A DNA stretch of 64,000 nucleotides from Utricularia gibba (taxonomy: Eukaryota; Plantae; Magnoliophyta): the NCBI GenBank assembly GCA_002189035.1, contig NEEC01000014.1:2852001-2916000 (forward strand). The letters are read 5' to 3'. Below, piece after piece: positions 24,740 to 36,864 of this stretch. The notes below the pieces were generated by a model, which had not been told where the DNA came from, did no database searches, and saw only the letters and a list, made by a program, of their open reading frames with translations. A program made the translations under genes and the position numbers. Position 1 is the first letter of the stretch. Every line of letters starts with the position of its first letter.

Positions 24740-27700
24740 CGCTCACTCAAGAGCTAAACTTGATCCACCTTATACTTAGCCATTTCTAATAAAAGAAGGG
24801 TCATGACAGGTTTGAAGAGGTAGGCACATCTAGAAAATAAGAACCATTCTATAGAAATTGTATGTAGTGATAAAGGAATTGGGGTTATAAGGTTGGAGAC
24901 CTATAAGTCACGATTGGTGAGCATGGGAGTGATCTTGACATCGGCATCTATTTCTGATTATGCTTGTGTGGATCTTTTTGCTTTGTGTTTGCTGGATGAA
25001 TTTTAATTGCTATTTCTTGTGGATTAAATCACCTTTTGGCTCTTAATCAGACACATAGCTTTTGTGTGAAATCTCATTATACCTTTATGTGAGAAACCCC
25101 ACCGTGGATATGCTTTCTCTTCATGGCAAGCAAGCGCTTGTATGCGTGGATACCATTGTCTTACGGGAAAGAAGACCAATGGATGGAAAATTCTATAAAA
25201 CTGGATGGAAAAAAGGTGTCATGGCCCTAAAGATTTTTCCCATAAAAAAATATTTATAAAACTGAATAAGTGTTCTACATCACACTCATGAAGAAAATAA
25301 TGTAGTTGGGGCAAGTCCAAGTCGATCCATAGGGAACAAATGATTTTCAGTTGTGAGTCCTATGCGTAATCAAAAGTAAATAGGGGATTTTTGTTGGAAA
25401 TTGGATTTCTACTCTAAAGAAATTAGTAAAAATTCATAAAATAGCTTCTACAATAAAAACAAGTAATGCAATAAATAGATCAACATTTCTGAAAATCTAG
25501 AGGTAAACATTTCACTTAATCTAAAAATTAATAATACTTAAAGAAAAACTTAAAAACTACTGACGAGATAAGACAAATGACTCATTCTTCTTTGTGGAGA
25601 AGGGGGTGAGATGGAGCATGTGGGACTAATAGTGCAATTGTTTGTGTTGAGTATTAGATGATTAGCTTTAAGATTATCTAATTAATGGGTTATTCTTTTG
25701 AATGTTTGTATAGCCAGTTAGAGCCATGTTTAATTCTGTTTTTTTTTTTTGTGAGACTATGATTCTGTTTTTTTTTTGTTAGTGAATTTCCTAGAGTCTC
25801 AAAGGCAACAAAGCCAAAAACTATCTTATTTTATTTAAATTCTCTTCATTTTGTATCAAAGCAAGGTTATAGGTTTTCTCAGTCACAAGGATGAGTAAAA
25901 TAACTATGAGGGTATGCCTAAAATCAATGCATTAAACTACTTCATTTAGAAAATGAAGATGAAAGTTGTGCTTGTTTGTAATGATTTATGGTTATCTGTG
26001 GCACTTGTTGATGAATGGCTAGAAGCTATTCCTAAACTAGATTAGGAGATATTCCATCTCAAGGCAGTATCCATGATGATGTTTTGATAAAGTATGTTTA
26101 CTGCTATACGTTCTTTGAATACAGTTGTACTAAGATCCTTTGGGATATTGTGAGTGAATTCCTCATGTTGAATACTTCCCAGAATAAAATCTGTTTAGTG
26201 AGGCTGACTAAGTTGAGATTCAAGGATGGAACTGAAATAGTGTCACATGTAACCCAATTGAAAGAAATAGTTGATTTAATGATGGTTGTTGAAATCTATC
26301 TTGATGATGAAGTGTAAGGCTTTATGCTCCTTAATTCACTTTCGAATTCATGTCAAACTTTTGTTGTTGCTATAAGTAACTCAACACATGGGAAATTGAT
26401 GCTAAAGAGAGTATTTGATTCATTTCTTCAACAAGACCTAAGAAAAAAAGGCAATGAGAGTGAGCAACAACCTGTTTTAGCAATAATTGAAGACACTGGT
26501 CGAGGAAAGGGCAATCAAAGAGAAACTTCAAGAACCCGTCAAATCAATGTAAAAGAAAATGAAGGCAAAGATAAAATTCAAAATGTGGTTGGAGGAAGAA
26601 ACAAGATTTGTTATTACTATGGTAAAAAAGACCATCTTAAAAGGAATTGTTGTCATTTAAAAAGAGTAAAAGAATTTTTTAACAAGCATTCCGAAGAAGA
26701 AGGAAAACCAGCTAGTTATATAGAAAGGAGAATAACTATGGGTGCTTATGGCTGTGGAAGGTGATAACGTCGTTGAAAGAAAATAGTTTGTCAATTTTGC
26801 AGCTTCTTATTATGCAATTCATACTTGAGCTGGTATGAAAAATTATAAGGAAGCAAGACAAGGGTCAATTCAATATCGGAAACTAGTCAACCTTTGAGGT
26901 TAAGGATATAAGAGAATTAGAGGTAAAAACCAATCTAGAATATCACATGGTGATGAAACAAGTAAAGATTTGTTCCATCTATACAATATCATCTCATTTT
27001 GTGTGGCACCTTGGACAAGGAATGATACATCCACTCTATGAAAGGTGGGGCTTGGAAATTGATCTAGGAATCAATGGTCATAGTCACAAGGGAACTTGAG
27101 AACACTTTTTATGGATGGAAATGAAAGTGGTGAGATAATGATTCAATAGGCACTATCATTGAAAATGATGGAAAAATGTCTATGTGCCATCATAAAATGA
27201 GTCACCTATCCGAAAAGAGGATTTTGTGTTTATCAAAGTTGAAATATTTATCCATTAACAACTTGAATAAGCTAGGTGAATGTGAAGCTTGCATAGTTGG
27301 CAAGCAACACAAGATAGCCTTTATAAGATCCTTTAAACATAGGATAGAACTATTGGAAAAGGTCCACTTCGATGCAGAGGGACTCATTAACATTGCTACA
27401 TATGCTGGGAAAAATCATTATCTTACATTCATAGACGATGCAACAAGGAAGATTTGGATTTACTTGATCAAAAGAAAGTCAAATGTGTTTGAATGCTTCA
27501 AATTACTTCTTTCATCTATTGAGCATGAAACTGGATTGAAGCTCAAATGCCTTCAAATAGATAATGGAGGTGAAAGCTCTTCAGCATTTAAAGAGTTTGG
27601 CTTCAAACAAGAGATCAATAAAGTTCAAACTGAACGAGACATGTTTGAGCATAACTTTGTTGTTTAAAGAATGAATAGAACCCTATTTGACAAGGTTCAT

Positions 27701-28283
27701 AGCATGTTGAAGTACTCTAGACTGCCTGTAAAATTTTGGGGTGAAGCCATATATACTGCATGCTATATTCAAATTTGAACTCCAAAATAGCCATCAGCTG
27801 CCAGGTTCCTTAAGCTCTTTGGTCCAGCAAACAACCAAGCTATGAGCATCTACGAATTTTTGAGCGTAAAGCTTAAATTTTAATACCTAAGGAACAAAGG
27901 CAAAATGACATTCTTTATGTTTTTTTAGGTTATAGTTATTCAGAATTTGGATATAAATTGTGGGATCCTAAGAAGAAGAAGATCATTAGATCTTGAACTG
28001 TGAAATTTTGAATAATGAGACAATGGAACTCAAGGAGAAATATGTTGGTGATCAAGAAATTCAAATTAGCTTACACTCTTTGTCCAAAACTATTCAGGAT
28101 GAAAGGCCAGTGCTTGAGAATGAAGCAGCTGAAAGAATAGAAAATGTTCAAGCAATCCTTGTAGTGGACACTTTAGCTACTAGAGAAAAACAAACCAACA
28201 ACATTACATTCAAAACTGATAATATAAGAAGAAGCACCTATAGGAGGACACCTTCCTAAAGATACTTTGAAGATGATTTTGTT

Positions 28284-28372
28284 ATGATCATTGAAAATGA
28301 TTATCTCATGATCACTGAAAATGATTATCTTATGATCATTGAAAATGATTATCACATGATTACAGAAAATGG
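28284..28372 (+). repeat. 24-bp tandem repeat (about 3.7 copies) inside the Copia pol region
   Basis: ATGATCA(T/C)TGAAAATGATTATC(T/A)(C/T) repeated. Confidence 0.85.
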
Positions 28373-28795
28373 AGAATACCTTATACTATTTGCAAGGTAC
28401 TAAATCATTTAGCTTACAGTTTGGAAACAATGACTTGTGACTAAGAATCTATGTAGGTGAAAATCTCGTTATGACACTAACAATAGGAGATCAACTACTA
28501 ATGTAATTTAAATCCTTGAAAGTGGTGCAATAATGTGGTACTCTAGGCTTCCAAAGGGAGTTGTTCTCTCATCTACAAAAGAAAAATATGTTGCTTTGTC
28601 TGAAAGTAGAAAAGATGCAATATGGATCGATTGTCTTATGGATGAATTGTAGCAACTTGATTTGAAGACAATCATTTTTAGTGATAGTACAAGAGCTATT
28701 TCACTTAGCAAGAATATAGTTTGTCATTCTTTGGTGAAACATGTTGATCTTCGTGCTCATTGAATTCGAGAAAAAAAAAATCAGAAATGGCTTGG

Positions 28796-29923
28796 TGATA
28801 ACACATATTTTTGAGTAATTAAGTACATGGAAAAAATTCATATTGTGCTACAAAAATCAGATTTTACTACCAAGTTCTATATTTTGCACAAAGTACCGTA
28901 GTTATGTTATTTTAGTCTTAGTTGGGACTAATTCTATGATTTAGTCCCAACCTTCTAATAGTCTTCTTTGAGCAATGCAGCATAGGTCGCAACACAAATC
29001 CCAAGGAGCCGAATATGCATAGTGTAGTGGCAGTAGATGAGTCCAAAAGTCTAAAAAGTAGTACACACAAAATCCAAGAAGAAAAAAAGGGAAATTTTGG
29101 ACAAAAAGGGGGAAAAGATGGAGAGAGAAGGCAGATCTCCCCTTAGAGACTCACGAACAACTGTTTGGAGAAGGTTTTCTGAGGAGGAAGAAGGATGAAA
29201 ACGAACAGGAACTAAGCTCATGCTTGAAGATTATTTTCCATTTTCCAAGGATTATTACTCCTAGCTAAGATTAGCTAGCGACGCTTTCTAGCTTTTTGCC
29301 GAACATATCAGTTTCCTGCTTGTTTATTTTCTAGTAGTCGATTGAGACATGAATGCATTGTGGATGATGTTTTCTCTTCTATTTTCGTTTGTCTTAAGCA
29401 TGAGTGGCTAAGCACTTAGGGGGGTGCCTTGGGGTGAAAGGGGGAGAATTATGCTAATCCTTCCTTAGACCTAATAAACCATAAGTCATGCCACTTCTTT
29501 AACAAACCAGGATAGATCCAACAAGGGGAAGTAGTGAAACCCAACTTAAAAACCCTAATCAAATGTAGACCAAAGATTAGAGGGAAAAACAAGAATCCAG
29601 GTAGACCTAGATTTTGTGAGTTAGTTGTATGATTTATGATTTGTATCAGCTTGTTTAGTGATGAGCATACAACAACCGAGCTGCAGAACTTATTACCTTT
29701 CTTTACTGTATTTCGTTTCAGTTCCGCCTTAGTCTTAGCTAAGACCAATTTTACCAACGTGACACTGATTTCATACATTAACTTTCACATAGCAAGCACC
29801 TGCTCTTCGTATTCAACCCTAATCACTATGCTCATAATTGTTTTATACTAGAATATGTATTAGGTTATAAATTTATTTGATAGAAAGATTTACATTTACG
29901 ATGTGTGAATTTTTCGTTTATCA
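28796..29923 (+). mobile_element. Solo LTR (Athila-like), 1128 bp, nested in the Copia RNase H
   Basis: TGATAACACATATTTT...CGTTTATCA; TSD CTTGG (28791-28795) / CCTGG (29924-29928); the Copia frame resumes after it. Confidence 0.87.
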
Positions 29924-32900
29924 CCTGGTGAGGATGAACAATATCAAGACAGAAGAAAAACGTTGTAGATTTCCTAACTAAAGTTCTTCCAAGCTCCAAG
30001 CACAAGTCTTGCTCCAAAAGAGCGTGGCTTGTTTCCATTTTTATCTAAAGAATGAGTGATGCTTCAACTTGGGGGCCGATTGTTGGACATATTAAATAAA
30101 TGGACTTCATATTATGTTTAATATTGTCCAAACAAGCTAAAACAATAAAATAAGGATCCCAAAAAAGGTAATTGAAATAGAAAATGGTGTAAAAGCATGA
30201 GAGCATGGGATTTTCCGTTGGATGCATGTCATGAATCATGGAGCACTTCAAGAGAAAAATCTACTAACGAGATAAGACATGAGAAAAATCTACTAACGAG
30301 ATAAGACATGTGACTCATTCTTCTTTATGGTGAAGGGGGTGAGGTGGAGCTTGTTGGACTGATAGTGCGATTGTTTGTGTTGAATATTATACGATTAGCT
30401 TTAACATTGTCTAATTAATGTGTTATTATTTTGAATGTTTGTGTGACCAGTTAGAGCCATGTTTGTAATTGCAATTGTATAATTCTATTTTTTTTTAGTA
30501 GATTGGCTGTAGTCTCACAGGTGACAAAGCTGAGGCCCTAGATGCTTTCCATTGATTTATCAATAGGTTTTATTAGGCTAAAAATTGTCTTCTTTTCTTG
30601 AAATTCTAGTCAGCCCTCTCCTCCGCTGCTTTATGTGAAAGTAGAAGTAGAAGATGGGCCTGTTTTGTAATTTAGACAAAGCAAGGTGCTAGTAAGCATC
30701 AAACATGGGATGTTTCCCCACCCCATCTGCATCCACCACAACTAGAACATTTTCTTCTATATTTTTAATAAAAAAAAGTTGGTTTAATATATTTATTCTC
30801 ATGTCAGGACCCTGGTAATAATCTGCGGCCCACTAAAACGTAATTTTGAACCGAGGCACTCGCCACATGTATTTCAGTGGTTTCTAATGACACCTCTTAA
30901 CAAAAACTATATATACTTCAAAATTTGTATATAAAATTATAATTATATACCATTAAAAAAATAAAAATTTCAATACAAAAATGCAAATTACACCATTCAT
31001 TCCCTTTGTAAAGTTGGATGCTGAGTTGGATACGTCCTCAAACCCCAGTCACGTTGCGTAAAGGGGTTTTCAACTCCTCCGGCTCCGGTTGCCGAGGTGG
31101 AACCCGTGCCTTTGCAAATTAGCCTATGTTAAGTTATCATTTACAAAATACCTATAATTTATAAAATATCTCATAAAAATAGAAATATTTAAAACTTAAT
31201 CACTAAAATTTAAATTATAAAAGTAAATTTCAAATTCGAAATTTAATAACCTATACATTAAACTCTAAAACTTAAATTCAAAACCTTAAATCCTTAAAAA
31301 TTAAATAATAAATCTAAATTCCGAATTCACAGTCATAAAGATGAGGTAAAATAAAAAAAGAAGTCTTTTTTTTATAATTTACAAATTTTTCTTATCAAAT
31401 TAAAGTTAATACCAAATGAAATAAAAAAATTTGAAATATTTGCCAAACAACTCTATGAGATATGCCAAACTCGCCAACTAGGATGAAGTTGGTAAATAAT
31501 TTAAACATTAATTTTACTCTGCAAATTATTATTAATTTATTAATTTATTAATTTTATTAATAAAAACTCATACATTAGTGGAATATGTAAAAATCAAATT
31601 TATAATCATTTTAAAAAATTAGCATTATAATAATATTAAAATTTGAAGAATAATACTATAACGATTTTTTAAATAAATAAATAAGTTATACGAAATAAAA
31701 TTATTTTTTAAAAATTATTTAAATTACACATGTTTGTTATGACATATTTGAACTATTTATTCAAAAGAACACTATTTTTACTTCAATTTAATAATTATAT
31801 CGAAAGAACTTCAAATGCAATAAAAAAATCAAAATTCTATACAATCTTAGTTTTTTAAGAAAATTATATAATGTATTTCACAAACATTCAAGTTGTAATC
31901 TTGGTCATATATCTCATTAATAACAGTTCTTCATCACCATCTCATTAAATAGCAATTGTGCTTCCAAGTGTTCATATACATTATCATTATGGACCTTATA
32001 ATATTTTCATCTTCATACAAGAGAGTGAATGTTCAATTCATGTCATCTAATAGTGTGACGTAACAATATTTAGTATGTCAACTGAAAAAATTACTTAGCA
32101 TAAAACGCATAAACATATGATTGGTAAGTGGTTGACAAAATCATATGTTGGTTATTTTATCTCTCCTTAATGCAAAAAAGAGTGTATAAGTATGATCATA
32201 ATGTTCTTCACAAAACATTAAAATTGCTAACACTATAATCCAACAAATGGTTAATAATACCAACAGGAAGATTAATCTTGCTTAAAAGTGTAAAATGTTG
32301 CATTCTATCAAGCAAACAAAGCATTATGAAAATTTTCAGTACATTTGAAAAAAATAAAACATTGTTCTTGAAAATTTTTCAAATTTATTTCTATTTTTCA
32401 AAAAATAAAAATAATTTTATTTTAAAATATTATTAATTATAAAAGTAATTCTATCAAAAAATTTTGAAATTACAATACAAAAATATTTTTGAAAAAATAA
32501 GAAATATGATACTTTTACATCTTATTTTTACAATTTTTTGCACATTTATAATTTATCTTTATTTCTATCAACTATTTTTATTTTTCTAAAATAATTTTAA
32601 AAAAGGAAAATAAAATTTAAAATTTTTTTAAACACTAATTTATATTGTTTACACAATATATACTTACAATTTTTTCCTTGGATAATATTTTGTATTTTTA
32701 TAAATTATTCGATATCTATAAGAATTATAATTTACAATGGAATTTAAGATTACTATTCTACTGTAAATGATAATGCAGAAGATGATAACCTTAAACTTTC
32801 AGATGTAATATATGTAAATTTTGAAGAAAATAAAACATTAGATGATCTAACACAATGGCTATAAATCCTGATGATATCATTCTTTTTTTCTTGAACATTA

Positions 32901-34089
32901 ATCAATTTTATTGAACAAATCTTGTAAGGATTCTACTCGATTTGAATTTTTATATATCAAGCCAATTGGGTGTAGAAAAGGAATGCATTTTCTAGATAAA
33001 TTAAGTTTGATTAATATTATCACTCCATACCACATATCATTAATGAAACGAATATTCTACTTTGATCATAATAATAATATGCAATATCATGTATATTATA
33101 AATATTGGAAACTCTCAATATGCTTTTTCTGTTTGTATACAAGTTCAGAGAAGCCTACCACAACTTGGAGCATTCCATATTTAATGAACTAAATATGCAA
33201 TGTCACATATATATTGACTAGCTCTCATCTAAATGGCGGTATATAGTTTATTGTTTCACATTTCAACGTTCACCTTAAAGCACTTATAGTTCCATTGACG
33301 GGATGAGATTTCGAAAGAAAAAGTGAGATTAACTAATGAAGTCATTGACATATGAATTATTATCTCAATATAACTAATGAAGTCATTGACATAAAAACTT
33401 GCTTGTTATTTGAGAAAAATGTGCTCTGCAAATCTTGGTAGTATCACAATCGTCCGAACCCTGATTGATATTTGGTGTAGGTCTATACAAGTTTTTACAT
33501 ATACCTCCTCTCTAATATGTTTCTTTATTTAAAAGGATTATTCAGAATTAAATTCACATAAAATGATAATTATTGTATTTTATGTAAAATTATATATAAA
33601 TCCATAAATCTTTTAAGTATACTTTTTTTATTGGTATATACTAATTAATTTATATTCTAGTAATTTATAATCACATAGACCTAATGGGAGGAGCAGCAAT
33701 CCTTATACCTCAAATGTTTAATTTAGAGGTATATCAATAACTTGAAGTGGGTATAGTAAATAGTAGTTTTGAGTAGAATTAATAGAGCCAGATAAACTTA
33801 TTTCTATATATTTCATATGTGAATAAGCCCAAATGTGCAATGAGTAAATATATTAGAGAACAACCTAGCCAAAAATATGAGAGTAATCTGGGTAGATAGT
33901 TTGTTTCAAGTTGTTTATGTACAAAATGATATATTATATTAGGAACTTAAGTACCACATCACCTAGACAAACTTGAGGTATCATAATGTTATTTTATGCA
34001 CAAAACCAGTATTTATTATCTTTTGCGTTATAATCTAATTTCAGTTATTGAATTTACTACTAAATGAAAATTTCTTAAAATCGTTACAA

Positions 34090-34520
34090 GAAATAAAATT
34101 TTAGTATCAAATAAATTTATAAGCCCTAATCTATACAAAATACAAATTTAGAAAACTTGTATAGTAAATTTCAGGATCGATCACAAGAAATTGGTGCTTA
34201 CAAAGTGTTCAGTAGATGTAAAATTTAGAATAAAGGTTGTTCTTAGTCTACTCAAGTTGTCTCTCATAAGTTTGACTAAATTAGTCCCTAATATGCTAAT
34301 CCACTTCATACTTAGGTCAACCTACATGCAAAATATGTAGAATTTGGTTTACCCGATTCTACTAATTTTACCCAAGACTATTATCTACTGTATCCGTCTT
34401 AAGTTATTGATTTACCTCTAGATCGAGGTTCTGAATTGCACTGTTATTTGTTATTTATTTGTTATTTATTCCCCTCCCCCCCCCCCCCCCCCCGCCCCTC
34501 TAGGTTTACCTAAGAAATGA
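34090..34520 (+). mobile_element. Possible Sirevirus (SIRE) LTR 3' remnant
   Basis: TATTCCC...poly-C...CCCCTCTAGG at ~34466-34504 resembles the C-rich signal near Sirevirus LTR ends; no PBS or TSD found. Confidence 0.35.
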
Positions 34521-35730
34521 AAGCAAATGTATAAAATCAGAGATTACTTACAACCCTAAACCAAGTTACTATTCTACACCTTAAGTCATTTCTAAAATCT
34601 AACCACTCATCTTCAAGAGATAAAGCATGATTTCATAAATAGACAGTTTGAGTGGACCATACAAACTCTTGAAGACCTCCTATGGGTGTGTATATTGGAC
34701 TTCTGAGGTTCATGGGATGGTCATATATTCTTAGTTTAGTTTGTGTACAGCAGCAGTTATTAGATGAGCTAGGGATGGCGTTGTTTGAAGCCTCTACGAT
34801 TGGCAATGCTGCACACCCTTACATTGAGATGAAGTGGTCTGTCATCGACTACTCGGGCTCGAACTAGTCCAGCAAGCTGAAGAGGACATCAAGCTCGCAT
34901 AGGAACGACTCTTGAAGAGTCCGACCTCTAAGAGCTCATGACAAGTAAACTCGGTATGGTAAATAAAGCTAGCTCGAAGGAGGAGCTTGTTGTAGGCGTT
35001 GAAGTCAGCTTTGATTATCCAAGAAATAGGCCTCAAGGATTGTGGTGAGGCAAGGGAACAAGACCGGCACTTTTAGCTAACCACTCTCAGTTCGTTGCTC
35101 TATTTTCAATTGAGTTAGTTAGAATTCCTAGTATTAAGTGCTGAGAGTTTCTTCGCGATCACCGTGCCCTCCTACTCATTTTGTTGCTTGTTGTTGCATT
35201 TAAGCGAACACACACTGTTGTATTTCTACTTCTAATATATCTTTCATTTTTATTACACCTCCTTACTTATTGATCATTTAAAATCATGCTGTTATTCCAA
35301 AACCATAATCAGTGACTATATAATCGTCAGCAATTTAACCCGACAAAAAGATTCATGTTATACATTCTCATTTAGTACTTGCAAAATAATGGTGGCATAA
35401 ATGAGTCTTTTACTACTATGTTATTTTATATTAGTCCTTTTCTGGCATTTTTTTGCAGTACATGCTTATCCATTTGCAACTCTCTTCACTGCAAGTGCAA
35501 TACTTTCTTCTTTAAATTGATCGTATTTTCCTAGGGTTGATATGAGACAATCTTACGGGTCTGTGTATAAAGTAGTTGTGGATACATCGAAAATATGGTT
35601 TTAAGCAAACACCTCTTTCGCATTACACTTCATAATAAGAGACTACGGCGAGGGTTTTGCGGAATAAGCGAACATCTAAGCGTCCCATTGGATTTCACAA
35701 CGGATTTGTTGTTGAAGAGGCGCTGAAGCC

Positions 35731-36864
35731 TCAGAGATTATTCCAAGCTGCCGGAGATGGATTCCACTGCTCGGTTCCATGGATGCTGGTGATCGGATTA
35801 AGACGGGAAACACTTTCCTCCATTTTGACTGGTGTCGAGGTGGCAGGAGCTTTTTCGTGGAACGACGACTCGTCACTGTGAAATTGGAACATTCCGGGCG
35901 GGGAACATTCCACATCGGCGAAGAAAGGTAATCGCCACGGCTCAACGCCGTGATTGCTTCCGCCGTCTCCGGAAAAAATTGAGGTGCCGTGGAAGAGAGG
36001 GGACCTTATTCCGGTGAAAGATAAATCAATGTCGCCGGCGGAGGTATTGCTGAGTTGACTTAAAGGTGACATGAATCTCAATGGCGGGTTGAGCCCGCTG
36101 AATGCGGCGGGGGGCCAACAGTCGTACAAGTGTTGGTTGTTGAAGTGGTTTTTATGCTTGCATGCGACTTTGAGCTACTTGATTTACTTCTTTTATTCCT
36201 CCGACAACCGCCTCCCACCGGCACGTTTCTCAACGCGCCGCCTCTAGTCCAATATCTGTTCACAGTGATAAAATTATACCTAGCGCATATATAACAAGGC
36301 CCTATAAAAATCTTTGAATGATACCTTCTGCAGGCCTTGCAGAAGTGACGCGGTTGAGACAGACTATAGTTGTTGAAGTAACAAAACTTTGTGTTCGTTG
36401 AATCGCAACGCGGACACTTCAGAGCCGGGTCGGGCATCGGGATATTCGCCATCCGTGCTCTCTCCACCATGGATCCTGGCCGGATACCTCCTCCATGCGG
36501 GGGCGCCGGCGCCGGGTGAACTGATGATACCAACAATGGATTTGAAGAATTCCGCCCAATTACCTGACTATTCTCCTGCTACAAGAAAGAACTGCGCTAT
36601 CAGGAGAAGAGATCTGAACAAGAACAATATCGTTTGAAAACAAAAATTCAAGATCGTGGGATATTCAACAACAACAACATTCAAAAAAAAGAAAGAAAGA
36701 AAGAAAGAAAGGGAGAATCAAATCAGGGAATATTTGCGTTTGAAAAGAAGTTCCTCCACTTGTTCGATAGCAGCAGGACAATCGAAAGAGAGAAAACCCT
36801 AAAAACAAAGTACCTGATGAAAGCCGGAGGCATCAAGATAAGCAGGAATAGAGGAAAAAACCAT
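35731..36864 (-). CDS. Dof zinc-finger transcription factor (OBP3/DOF5.1-like), 3 exons, apparent 1-nt frameshift near 36105-36114
   Basis: Exon 1 36864-36814 [17 protein letters not shown]; exon 2 ~36578/36575-36325 with [47 protein letters not shown]; 69-nt intron 36324-36256; exon 3 [23 protein letters not shown]; the C-terminal frame [25 protein letters not shown] ends at 35731 in a different frame. Confidence 0.9.

Larger units (their letters stand above)
25619..30612 (+). mobile_element. Decayed Ty1/copia element (Tnt1/Tork-like) with both LTRs, RT largely deleted, interrupted by a solo LTR
   Basis: LTR-like repeats 25619-25848 and 30352-30612; degenerate tRNA-Met PBS TTGTATCAAAGC after the 5' LTR; gag LDDEV*GFMLLNSL..SCQTFVVAISNS, CCHC-like knuckle, integrase CEACIVGKQH, FIDDATRKIWIY, LKLKCLQIDNGGE; RNase H KHVDLRAH split at 28795/29924. 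Confidence 0.85.

Noticed and set aside
33329-33393. 23-bp direct repeat TAACTAATGAAGTCATTGACATA x2
   Set aside because: Isolated local duplication with no associated structure
34660-35050. GC-richer patch with short ORFs downstream of the Dof gene
   Set aside because: Probably a retroelement fragment; no interpretable domain or termini
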